NCBI GenBank assembly: GCA_018238155.1
Contig: JABCTZ010000003.1
Coordinates: 64,001 to 128,000 of the forward strand
Reading direction: 5' to 3'
From: Candidatus Heimdallarchaeota archaeon
GTDB lineage: Archaea > Asgardarchaeota > Heimdallarchaeia > JABLTI01
Length of the DNA: 64,000 nt
Position numbers and translations under genes: made by a program. The notes below the pieces were generated by a model. That model was not told the origin of the DNA. It saw only the letters and a program-made list of their open reading frames with translations, and did no database searches. This document shows positions 18,666 to 27,844 of the stretch, piece by piece. How positions within the stretch are numbered: position 1 is the stretch's first letter; each line of letters starts with the position of its first letter.

Positions 18666-20615
18666 TTGGTTTCAGATAAAATGACTCCCTTAAAAATCCC
18701 CGCTGAAATTATAGACATTTTTCCATATGGTGACATTAGACCCATTCAAGATGAGCTAATCTCCACTATTTATTCTGCTCTGAAAGAAAAGAAAAACGTA
18801 GTAATAGAAGGAGCAAATGGATTAGGCAAAACAGTTGCAGCACTAACAGCGTGCATACCGATTGCACGAGAACGGGATTTGCAAATAATACATGTTTGTA
18901 GAACAAATAAACAAGCAGATCGTGTTATTTCCGAATTGAAGGAGATTGCCAAGAAAACGGATGTGAGTGGTGTTTCAATTCGTGGTAGACGGGAAATGTG
19001 CCCTCATCCCATAATAGAAAAACATGCTGATGATGCTGCTACGGCTTCAGTTTTATGTAACCAATTAAAGAAACTACGAAAATGTGAATACCACAATCGA
19101 ATGGATGAAAAATCACCTAATTTCCGTAATGTTATGAAAATTCTCGAAGAAGTGCCTTCAACAAGTACCGAAATAAATAATCTTTGTAGGGAAAATAGAT
19201 TATGCTCTTATGAACTGATTCTAAAATTAGTTGAAAAAGTTGATGTAGTCGCTGCAAGCTATCAATATCTATTCAACCCACCAATTCGCGATATTTTTCT
19301 AAGCAAAGTAGATCGTGGTATGAGTGAGTTATTACTAATTGTAGACGAATGTCATAATATTATCGATGCCTCTCTAAATATCTCTAGTGATCAACTAAGT
19401 ATTTTCTCACTACGACAAGCATTGAAAGAGATAAAAGCATTTAATCATCCACAGTTTCTAAGACTTGTCAGGGGATTAACATCAGTTCTTGAAGAAGAAC
19501 AAGTACGTTCAGATATTGAGAAAAAAGTTGATGCAAGAGCAATTTTACTTAGTCTTTCTAGAGAAATTGGAACATCCATTGATTTAGACTATGTTGATAA
19601 GTTAATCAGTGCCGGTATGAAAATACAACGTGAGTATTTATCTAGAAATAAACCTCCAAGATCATACATTCATCGTATCGGACAATTTTTGCGTAGATTT
19701 GTATTAACAAAAAGTAGAACGGAATTTCTACATTTAATTACTAGCTATCGAACACGTACGGAAGGTTGGAGCGTTAAATTTGAGGTTGTTTCTCTTGATG
19801 CACGTTTTACTACAAAGCATGTTCTTGAATATGTAGGTAATAGTGTACATATTTCAGGAACAATAGAACCAATTGATTCATATTCAAAAATAGTTGGGCT
19901 AGATAAACTTCCACTAGTCTCCAAAGTTCTTGATTCACCTTATTCAGAAAAAAATGTCCAAGGATATGTTATTGATAGAATTAGTACAAAATTAGCTGAT
20001 CGTACTCCTGAAAATTATAAAAAGATGTGTGAAATTATCGGTGAAGCAGCTAATAATACACCATCTAATTCAGGTATTTTTGCTGCTTCATATGTTGTTA
20101 TGAAAGGATTGTTGGATGCAGGTGTTGAAAGTTATCTTGACAAACCATTCTTTTACGAACAAAGAAAAATGACTTCCTCTGCTAATGATAGATTAATTGA
20201 CGAATACAAAAATCTCTCTACAAGAGGGGGAGCAGTGCTAATGGGTGTTTTAGGTGGAAGAAGCTCAGAAGGAGCTGATTTTCCCGGAAAACAAATGAAT
20301 ACTTGTATGATTGTTGGTATTCCATATGCACGACCGACAACGAGGATAGAATCGCAAATTGGTTATCTGGAAGAGCATTTTCATAGGAAAGGAAGAGAAT
20401 ATGGCTACGTCATCCCAGCGATACGTCGCGCATCTCAAGCTGCTGGTAGACCAATTCGCTCGATAAATGATCGCGGTTTAATACTTTTCTTAGATTATCG
20501 TTTCGGTCAAAGCTATACCGCGCGATTCTTACCTGCATGGTTAAGACAAAATACTCGACCACTACAATATGAACCTGGTCGAATAGCAAAAATTGCTCAA
20601 GAATTCTTCGACTAA
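18666..20615 (+). CDS. xpd: XPD/Rad3-family Fe-S DNA helicase
   Basis: Q motif RPIQ, GANGLGKT, Fe-S cysteines, DECHN, SGTIEP, SEGADFPG and QAAGRPIR. Confidence 0.93.
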   Translation: MVSDKMTPLKIPAEIIDIFPYGDIRPIQDELISTIYSALKEKKNVVIEGANGLGKTVAALTACIPIARERDLQIIHVCRTNKQADRVISELKEIAKKTDVSGVSIRGRREMCPHPIIEKHADDAATASVLCNQLKKLRKCEYHNRMDEKSPNFRNVMKILEEVPSTSTEINNLCRENRLCSYELILKLVEKVDVVAASYQYLFNPPIRDIFLSKVDRGMSELLLIVDECHNIIDASLNISSDQLSIFSLRQALKEIKAFNHPQFLRLVRGLTSVLEEEQVRSDIEKKVDARAILLSLSREIGTSIDLDYVDKLISAGMKIQREYLSRNKPPRSYIHRIGQFLRRFVLTKSRTEFLHLITSYRTRTEGWSVKFEVVSLDARFTTKHVLEYVGNSVHISGTIEPIDSYSKIVGLDKLPLVSKVLDSPYSEKNVQGYVIDRISTKLADRTPENYKKMCEIIGEAANNTPSNSGIFAASYVVMKGLLDAGVESYLDKPFFYEQRKMTSSANDRLIDEYKNLSTRGGAVLMGVLGGRSSEGADFPGKQMNTCMIVGIPYARPTTRIESQIGYLEEHFHRKGREYGYVIPAIRRASQAAGRPIRSINDRGLILFLDYRFGQSYTARFLPAWLRQNTRPLQYEPGRIAKIAQEFFD

Positions 20616-21628
20616 GAAAAGTACTCAAAAATAGTGGGCGCATTCTCAGGGAAGAACTTGAATATTTTCTTTATATCAACTTTACAGCAAATCTTTCCAT
20701 TTGTTCCTTGTACTCCTCCGGGAACTTTGAGTACTCGTCTAATATCTATTGATACCTTTCTATCAATGCGTGGAAAACGATATTTAATAATATGTGTGAA
20801 AATATTATCACGATTTTTTTTACTATCTAAAATGGTGTCATATGTAAAATGAAATGGTCGAGAACTATTCTTGAGATTATAACGCAATCTTTCAATTTGT
20901 TTTCCAGTAAATCTGAATGGCTCTACTCGAAGCTCTTTATCTGTTGCTCGTGTAAAGAAGGACTTAGCAATCATCTCAATAATTCGATCTCGTAAAGGTA
21001 TGACGTTCTTCAAATCTTTCTCAACAGCTTGAGTACGAGTCTCATCTTTAATTAGCGTTAAATATCTAACAATACTGTTTCGCTGTAATTGTGATAATTT
21101 ACCCCCAACTGCATCGCGAACCCAAGCATGAAAACCTCTTCTACCTGAAAAAATCCATACGATGTCCTTGAAACCGAAATCCTCTCGAAGGGATTTGTCA
21201 AGGAAAGCTGCTGCATCTTGAACTAAGGACCAACACTCAGAACAATACTGTTCTTTTCCTTGGCAACCACAAACTCGAACAAGGTCATAATCATTTATAT
21301 CTAAATCAAAACAAAACTCTCGAGATTCCCACAGGATTCTTTGTATGCTAAGCTGTTTTGATGGAGGGGTTTCGTAAACAGCACCAACATAAGAAAGTCT
21401 AATTGGATTTGTAGTCATATATCGAATCAATTCTCTTGTATCTTTGAAAGAGATGTTTCTAACAAAGATATTGCGCTCAAGTAGAAATGCAAACTCTCTT
21501 CGATAAAAAGTAGATAATCCTATTATTGATATTAAATCGCCGGGATCAAAAATCTCTTTGTAATATCTTTGGATAAGCTCTGTAGGAATTTTAGGTTGTT
21601 TTTTATCACTGTTTTTTGTTTTGGTCAT
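20612..21628 (-). CDS. priS: DNA primase small (catalytic) subunit
   Basis: RREFAF, EFCFDLDIND, Zn knuckle CGC...CSECW, FSGRRGFH and IDRKVSIDIRRVLKVPG. Confidence 0.96.
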   Translation of the reverse strand: MTKTKNSDKKQPKIPTELIQRYYKEIFDPGDLISIIGLSTFYRREFAFLLERNIFVRNISFKDTRELIRYMTTNPIRLSYVGAVYETPPSKQLSIQRILWESREFCFDLDINDYDLVRVCGCQGKEQYCSECWSLVQDAAAFLDKSLREDFGFKDIVWIFSGRRGFHAWVRDAVGGKLSQLQRNSIVRYLTLIKDETRTQAVEKDLKNVIPLRDRIIEMIAKSFFTRATDKELRVEPFRFTGKQIERLRYNLKNSSRPFHFTYDTILDSKKNRDNIFTHIIKYRFPRIDRKVSIDIRRVLKVPGGVQGTNGKICCKVDIKKIFKFFPENAPTIFEYFS

Positions 21629-21650
21629 TTTTCTACCTCAGAGCTACTAC

Positions 21651-22955
21651 TTATTTCTTGTTACCTTCCTTCTTAGCTTGTTCTGAAAGGTCAATTATTT
21701 TCTTTACTTTTGCTGCCCATGTGGAATAGCTAATTGGATGTACTACAGGACGACAACCTCGGTTATATCTTAAACTAAAAAGTGCAGCACATGCTTCACT
21801 AGGTTTATTGTCAACAACCTTGCTTTCCAAGAGCCGAATTGCGTTCTCTGTTTTATTTGATGGATTCTTAAATTCATTCCGAAGGCGTTTATCGATTACC
21901 TCTACTGCTTGATGCATAAAGGTGCAATAATACTCAAATTGCAATTTATTACATGCAGGAGCATTATAATCTATTTCTCCCCCTTCCATTCCGTACATAT
22001 GTCGTATGATATATCCCGGATTGCCACGTGCAAATTGTTCATACGCCATTCCAGTATTATCAACTGCATTATTATACCAAAAGTGTAACTGTTCGTCCAC
22101 AGACATTCCCAATCGTTTGAGATATAATCCAAGCTGGAATCTTTCAGTGTGGTTCAAATGTCCTTTGCTCATGATAATATTGTATAAATCTAACATACAT
22201 TGAGGAAAGATGTCTTGTCGATTGTATAGATTATAGTCTTCTAGATCGACTTTACCTTTAGCAGAAGCTACTGATTTAATTAATCGCCCTAAATCATCCT
22301 GAACTTTTTTGACTGCTTCCCGTGTCGCCGGATCCAAACGTGTGATAGTTTCTTTTATTCTTCTCCTTAACGTTTCCTCAAAGGCTATTTTCACTCCATT
22401 AGAGAAATCATTTACAGTACTGAGAACCCAACCATCACGTAAAAGAGCAGAACGAATGCTCACAATTTTAGGAACACAAGTGAAATGTAATCCCATAGCA
22501 CCTGTCCGTTTATTTCCCATTTTAAAATCTTTGAAATATTTATTGTCAATCTTGAATCGTGCCCAAAGTTCTCTTGGACCTATAACTTTGTCTTCTCCGA
22601 AGAAATACTTGGCAATGGCAACTTTTTCTTGGATTGTTTTAGCATGGAGATAGCGCCACTCGAAAAGGTCACCCTCTTGCTCAATAAGCCAACCAAAAAT
22701 GCGCGTGTTGTCTGCTGCAGCAAGTCTAAGTAATCCATGACCGGCAAATTCTTCGTAAATTTCTTGCTCGTAGCTTCCTCTGGAAGCACTATGAGAAGGA
22801 TACCAACGGACATCTTGAATAAACTTGTTAACTCGCTCTCGAGCAATTCTGGGCCAGCTTTCCATATCTATCTGAAATTTCTCTCTAGAGATAGAAACTT
22901 CATTTAAACGTTTAATCACAACCCAATCTGGAATCAAGCTGGTCTTCCTCATCAA
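21651..22955 (-). CDS. priL: DNA primase large subunit with C-terminal Fe-S domain
   Basis: FPQCM, HLNHTERFQLGLYLKRLG, YIIRHMYG...YNAPAC and YCTF; adjacent to priS. Confidence 0.92.
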   Translation of the reverse strand: MMRKTSLIPDWVVIKRLNEVSISREKFQIDMESWPRIARERVNKFIQDVRWYPSHSASRGSYEQEIYEEFAGHGLLRLAAADNTRIFGWLIEQEGDLFEWRYLHAKTIQEKVAIAKYFFGEDKVIGPRELWARFKIDNKYFKDFKMGNKRTGAMGLHFTCVPKIVSIRSALLRDGWVLSTVNDFSNGVKIAFEETLRRRIKETITRLDPATREAVKKVQDDLGRLIKSVASAKGKVDLEDYNLYNRQDIFPQCMLDLYNIIMSKGHLNHTERFQLGLYLKRLGMSVDEQLHFWYNNAVDNTGMAYEQFARGNPGYIIRHMYGMEGGEIDYNAPACNKLQFEYYCTFMHQAVEVIDKRLRNEFKNPSNKTENAIRLLESKVVDNKPSEACAALFSLRYNRGCRPVVHPISYSTWAAKVKKIIDLSEQAKKEGNKK

Positions 22956-23017
22956 GAGAATAGAAAAGAATGTTTAATAAGTTAGCTGTCTTTTCTTTTT
23001 TTTATTGAATTAGTATT

Positions 23018-23809
23018 TTGAGTGATAGTATGAATTTTCCAAATCAAATTAAATCCAGATGTACAGAGCTAGAGGAAGAATATGATTTTACTATTCTCTT
23101 TGCTGTAGAAAGCGGCTCAAGATTATGGAGGATGGAAAGTAAAGATAGCGATTATGACGTACATCTTGTTTATTATTATCCAATTGAGAAATATCTCGAA
23201 ATTCAGAAACCTGATGATACTTTTACTTGGATGAGTAATGACAGAGTGCTAGATTTCAATGGATTTGATATTTACAAGTATGCCAAATTGCTGCTAAAAT
23301 CAAATCCTAATATGATAGATTGGACAATGAGTGATATTATCTATTTTGGAGACAAAAGCAAAATCACCGAATTTGTTGATTTCGCAAAAAAACATTACAA
23401 TCCTTTCACATTATATCATTCCTATATTGGCATTTCTAAAAACGCTCTTAAATTAATTAAGAAAGGGAAAAATCATTACAAGAAATATTTCTATGTTCTT
23501 CGCGGCATTTTGAATGCTCAATGGTTATCTGAAATGGAAACCCTACCTCCTTTTCAATTTGAAACTGTTGCAACGGAATTGGATTTGTCTCCTCAAATAA
23601 GAAATAGTATCTTACATTTACTTGAAAAGAAACGAAATGCTTCTGAAAATTCCGAAGTAAAAGAAACCCTTGATATTATTCGTCCATTTGTAGAGGAACG
23701 ACTGGAAAAGATTGAAAGTGAAACGGTGAAACTACTTAGAAGAAAACCTGATGAATGCCATTACAAAGCTTTCAATTCTACTATTCAAAAAATCATCAGT
23801 TACAAATAA
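23018..23809 (+). CDS. YcgL-like predicted nucleotidyltransferase (Pol-beta superfamily)
   Basis: ILFAVESGSRLW...DSDYDV, KSNPN and KKYFYVLR. Confidence 0.85.
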   Translation: MSDSMNFPNQIKSRCTELEEEYDFTILFAVESGSRLWRMESKDSDYDVHLVYYYPIEKYLEIQKPDDTFTWMSNDRVLDFNGFDIYKYAKLLLKSNPNMIDWTMSDIIYFGDKSKITEFVDFAKKHYNPFTLYHSYIGISKNALKLIKKGKNHYKKYFYVLRGILNAQWLSEMETLPPFQFETVATELDLSPQIRNSILHLLEKKRNASENSEVKETLDIIRPFVEERLEKIESETVKLLRRKPDECHYKAFNSTIQKIISYK

Positions 23810-24000
23810 GACTAATTTAGTCACAGGTTTACGTTACAATACTACATTCCTTACTAATTTCTTTTTTTTTCACTTTCTTCACTTCTGTTGATTCTCACTT
23901 AGCAACCATTTCTTACTATCTTATCTCAATAATCGCCACTTATTCCTATATATAGGAATCAAGTGAGCCTTTATAATAAAAACCACTAAACTAGATTTGG

Positions 24001-24858
24001 TTGATAAGAATGGGATACAAAAAAGTAAAAGAAAATATCTATCTTTATACCGATGAAACATTTCACGATGTAGTTGCCGGAGCAATTGAATTACCAACAA
24101 AACTAGTTATGATTGATACAGGACTAAATCTAATTGAAATCAAAGAATTTAGAGAGTGGGTGGAAAAAACTACTGGAAAGAAATTTGAGATTTTATTTCC
24201 AACACACTTTCACGGTGATCACACATATGGCAATCAAGTCTTTTCTGATTGTCGAATTATCTCTCCAAAAATCCATCTCGAGTATATGAAGATGGTAAAA
24301 GAGCTTCTTACTCCTGAAAATCTTGAAAAAGAACAAAGTCGTTTGAAAGATCCTCGTGCTTTGGAGGGGTTAGAAATTACTCTTCCAACTGAAACTTTTG
24401 AGGGGCAATTTGAAATACAAGATGGCGGTGTAAAAATTGTCATTAAGAATACAGGAGGACACACAATTGATTCCTCATATATCTATTGTCCAAATTACAA
24501 GGTTCTCTTTGCTGGAGATAATCTCTTTGTGAATTCATCTCCCTATGGTGGTCACTCAACTTGTAATCCGGAAACTTGGTTGGAAGTTTATAGAGAATTC
24601 TTAACACTTGATGCTGAAACCATTATCCCTGGTCATGGTCCTGTAGCTGATAAATCATATATTGAAAAAGAAATTTCCTTTATGGAATCTTTCAAAGAAA
24701 CTGCAAAAGAGCTTGCATCAAAAGGAGTTGCAGAAGAAGAAATATTGGAAAGTTGTTATCAGACATTTTTCCCACCAAAAGATTCAGAGGAAGATGATTC
24801 ATTTCAAAGAAACACTGTAAAAAGATGGTATGATGTTTGGATTAAAGGAGCAGAATAA
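24001..24858 (+). CDS. Metallo-beta-lactamase-fold hydrolase
   Basis: THFHGDH, GGHT, LFAGD and IPGHG. Confidence 0.9.
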   Translation: MIRMGYKKVKENIYLYTDETFHDVVAGAIELPTKLVMIDTGLNLIEIKEFREWVEKTTGKKFEILFPTHFHGDHTYGNQVFSDCRIISPKIHLEYMKMVKELLTPENLEKEQSRLKDPRALEGLEITLPTETFEGQFEIQDGGVKIVIKNTGGHTIDSSYIYCPNYKVLFAGDNLFVNSSPYGGHSTCNPETWLEVYREFLTLDAETIIPGHGPVADKSYIEKEISFMESFKETAKELASKGVAEEEILESCYQTFFPPKDSEEDDSFQRNTVKRWYDVWIKGAE

Positions 24859-24943
24859 TACCTCCTTTTTTCATTTCGCACCCCATATGCAATTTAAACA
24901 TTCAATACGAATAATTTATTATCTTAAATGATTTTTCTATTTA

Positions 24944-25129
24944 ATGGTGTTTTTGAAAGTGCCTGTTGAAATCGATTACAAAGTTTGTGGATTCTGTTTA
25001 GGTTGTGCAACAATTTGTCCTGAGAATCTCTACTATATTGAGAATAATAAATTGGAGATTAGTGAAGGATGCACTGATTGTGGTCAATGTATTGAATGTT
25101 GCCCTGTAACAGCGATTTCTGAGGTCTAA
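24944..25129 (+). CDS. 2[4Fe-4S] ferredoxin
   Basis: CGFCLGCATICP and CTDCGQCIECCP. Confidence 0.9.
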   Translation: MVFLKVPVEIDYKVCGFCLGCATICPENLYYIENNKLEISEGCTDCGQCIECCPVTAISEV

Positions 25130-25188
25130 TTTATTTAAATCACTTTTTGAATTATTATAATTTAAATGAAGAGCATAGGTGATATGAC

Positions 25189-25497
25189 ATGACTGTTTCC
25201 GAAGGCGATCGAGTATTAGCAAATTGGCGTCAAGATGATTATTGGTATGCTTGTACTATTCAAGAAATAGATGAATTGAATATTCAAGTAATTTATGATG
25301 AAGGCACTGTTGAAATATTAACTATTGAATATATTAGACCAATAGGAATTGAAAATGAGGATTCTATTGAAGGTCGATGGGTGGGTGGGGAAAACTATTA
25401 CCCAGGTTCTGTTCTCAAAGTCAAAGGCGAAAATGTTAAAATTGAATATCGTGATGGAAAAAAAGAATGGTTACCAATGAGTCTCGTGCGATTTTAA
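25189..25497 (+). CDS. Stand-alone tandem Tudor/Agenet-like domain protein
   Basis: Two repeats of G/D-x-V-x-A/G-x-W-xxxx-Y-[WY]...V-x-Y-x-[DE]G. Confidence 0.7.
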   Translation: MTVSEGDRVLANWRQDDYWYACTIQEIDELNIQVIYDEGTVEILTIEYIRPIGIENEDSIEGRWVGGENYYPGSVLKVKGENVKIEYRDGKKEWLPMSLVRF

Positions 25498-25611
25498 TAG
25501 CTTTTGCTCCATTTATTCTCTAGCTATTTTCTCAGTACTATGCGCATATTCTTTGTATTTTAATGTAAGAAGCTGAATAATATGTATTGGTAATTCATGG
25601 AGGATTAACAA

Positions 25612-26037
25612 TTGGCTATATTAACAGCTTTAGGAATTATTGGTGTAGGTACAATTTTAGGCTCATCCGCCTTCTTCCTTTTTAGAAGGAAAACAAGAGA
25701 CCATCTTCAAAATCTCGAGCAAAAAGAGGTGTTAACTTTAACACTCCGGGGTTTACACGATGTAGATATGATTTGTGATACAGTTTCAAGGGGTAATGTA
25801 GTTATTCTCGGAGTACGAGACCTTGCACGATTGGATATGATTCGTCTCAAGCGTTCTATTCAACAATTGAAATCGTTTACAAGAACCTATGGCGGAGATA
25901 TCGTTGCTTTAGGTAAGGATTTTGTGGTTGTCGTTCCTCCAAACATGAAATTATCATTGATCAAACGACTGCTTGAAAATGAAGACTCAGATGAAATCAC
26001 TCCACCTGAACCTCCAACAGAGGTAGGAACTATATGA
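25612..26037 (+). CDS. sepF: SepF-like (DUF552) cell-division protein with N-terminal hydrophobic helix
   Basis: GNVVIL...LKRSIQQLK...GGDIVALGKDFVVVVPP core. Confidence 0.75.
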   Translation: MAILTALGIIGVGTILGSSAFFLFRRKTRDHLQNLEQKEVLTLTLRGLHDVDMICDTVSRGNVVILGVRDLARLDMIRLKRSIQQLKSFTRTYGGDIVALGKDFVVVVPPNMKLSLIKRLLENEDSDEITPPEPPTEVGTI

Positions 26038-26444
26038 ATTCAATCATTGCTAATCGTATCTATAATTTAGTTGCTGCCGATCAAGCAAAAATAGCTCTAT
26101 TGAATTTACTTTCAGATGGAAAATGGCACACGAGTTTTGAGTTGGAATCTACTGCAAAAGATCAACGACCAACCATTGGTCTTGTGGGCATTTGTATAAT
26201 ACTAAAAGCATTACAAGATGCAGATGCAGAACTCTTTGAAGTATATGATAATGACTCAGGACGATTCTATCGTTTGAATCCTCAAAGAGCATCCATGGTT
26301 AAAAAAATCGTCGAGCATAAAATGAGGAACAAAAAAGAAGTACACTCTTCTTCAGCGAAAGAATTCAAGAAATTCAAAGAACGATCGCGAACCACAAGAA
26401 AAGAAGAAAAAGATTTCGATGAGGAACTAAAACAATTTTTGTAA
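26034..26444 (+). CDS. Winged-helix-like protein
   Basis: LLSDGKWHTSFEL...YRLNP; overlaps the sepF stop (ATGA). Confidence 0.55.
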   Translation: MNSIIANRIYNLVAADQAKIALLNLLSDGKWHTSFELESTAKDQRPTIGLVGICIILKALQDADAELFEVYDNDSGRFYRLNPQRASMVKKIVEHKMRNKKEVHSSSAKEFKKFKERSRTTRKEEKDFDEELKQFL

Positions 26445-26531
26445 CTTCTTCCTCATACTTTTATTTTTGCTACTTTTTTTTAACGAAAAAGATATGTGAG
26501 ATTAGAGTCACAAAATCATTTCGTGAAATCA

Positions 26532-27761
26532 CTATTTGAATAAAGCATCGGTAATAAGCTTAACCAAGGAAGGATCCTTTTTCATAAGTTTCGTACCAAG
26601 TTTGATTTGTTTCCAGCGACCTCTTATTGCTTTTATCAAATCTTCACCATCTAAGGCTTCAATAATGTTGTTCATTTGTTCATTGGTGATTTTATCTAAT
26701 ATTTTTCGCGCCTTTAATCCCATGCCAAATGAAGCACCATAAACTTTCTGCCAATAACCTTCATACTTCTTTCTCAAAAAGCTCTCACTAAAATTCTCTT
26801 TCTCGAATGCTTCAACCAAAGTATCACTTATCATCTTCCCGGCTTCCATGCCATAAGCAATTCCGCCACCTGTAAGCGGATTAACTTGTCTAGCAGCATC
26901 ACCAACCAGAAGTACTCTATCAGTAGCGAATTTGTCTAATACTCCTCCAACTGGGATTGCTCCTATGCGTTCTTCGATAATAGTAGCATTTTTGAAGCGT
27001 CTCTTCCCTTCTGGATGATTGAAAATAAAGTCGTCAAGATATTCTTTAACAGGTTTCTTAGCAAAACCAACACCTATTCCAAGACCAACATTAGCACAAT
27101 GCTCTCCTTTGGGGAAAACCCAAATATATCCACGCGGAACAAGCTCTTCTCCAACGTAAAGATCAAACATACTCTGTTCTGGAAAATCTACACCAACCAT
27201 TTCATAACCTACTGAAGTATCCAAATCGATAGGCTCAATTGGTTCAGCAAGCCCAACATCTCGAGCAACAGTACTATAAATACCATCAGCGCCAATAACA
27301 ACTGGTGCCGTATAAGTAATTTTTTTTCCTTTACATTCAGTTTTTAGAGTAACACACTTTTCTTTGTCAATTTTTGTATGTAATACTCGAGTGTTTAAAT
27401 CGATTTCAGCTCCTTCGCGAACAGCAGCAATGAGCATTTCTTTATCAAAAACTCTCCGATCAACAACCCACCCCTCACCTGTTGGAAGCCTATAATCAAT
27501 GCTTTTCATATTGGGGCTGAAAACTCGGAACCCTTCAATAACAGCTCGAACAGCATTTTCTGGCATAGGTATTTTTAAGATATCCTCAAATGTATCTCGA
27601 GCAACAGCCTCACCACAACGAACAGGAATACCTACATGACTTTTTGCTTCAAGAATCTTCACACGAAATCCTTCTTGGGCCAAAAATCTCGCAGTCGTTG
27701 ACCCTGCAGGACCGCTTCCTACAACTATAATATCTGTTTTACTTGAATTAGAATCGCTCAT
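26532..27761 (-). CDS. Digeranylgeranylglycerophospholipid (geranylgeranyl) reductase
   Basis: GSGPAG, PVRCGE, YIWVFPKG, LVGDAA and PLTGGGI; likely start at MSDSN (27761). Confidence 0.92.
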   Translation of the reverse strand: MSDSNSSKTDIIVVGSGPAGSTTARFLAQEGFRVKILEAKSHVGIPVRCGEAVARDTFEDILKIPMPENAVRAVIEGFRVFSPNMKSIDYRLPTGEGWVVDRRVFDKEMLIAAVREGAEIDLNTRVLHTKIDKEKCVTLKTECKGKKITYTAPVVIGADGIYSTVARDVGLAEPIEPIDLDTSVGYEMVGVDFPEQSMFDLYVGEELVPRGYIWVFPKGEHCANVGLGIGVGFAKKPVKEYLDDFIFNHPEGKRRFKNATIIEERIGAIPVGGVLDKFATDRVLLVGDAARQVNPLTGGGIAYGMEAGKMISDTLVEAFEKENFSESFLRKKYEGYWQKVYGASFGMGLKARKILDKITNEQMNNIIEALDGEDLIKAIRGRWKQIKLGTKLMKKDPSLVKLITDALFK

Positions 27762-27844
27762 TATACAGCTTCCTCGGTGTTTAGGATAATTTTTGTCTTT
27801 TAACTTTTCGATAAGAAAAAGAAAAACTTGCTTCAAATTAGGGA

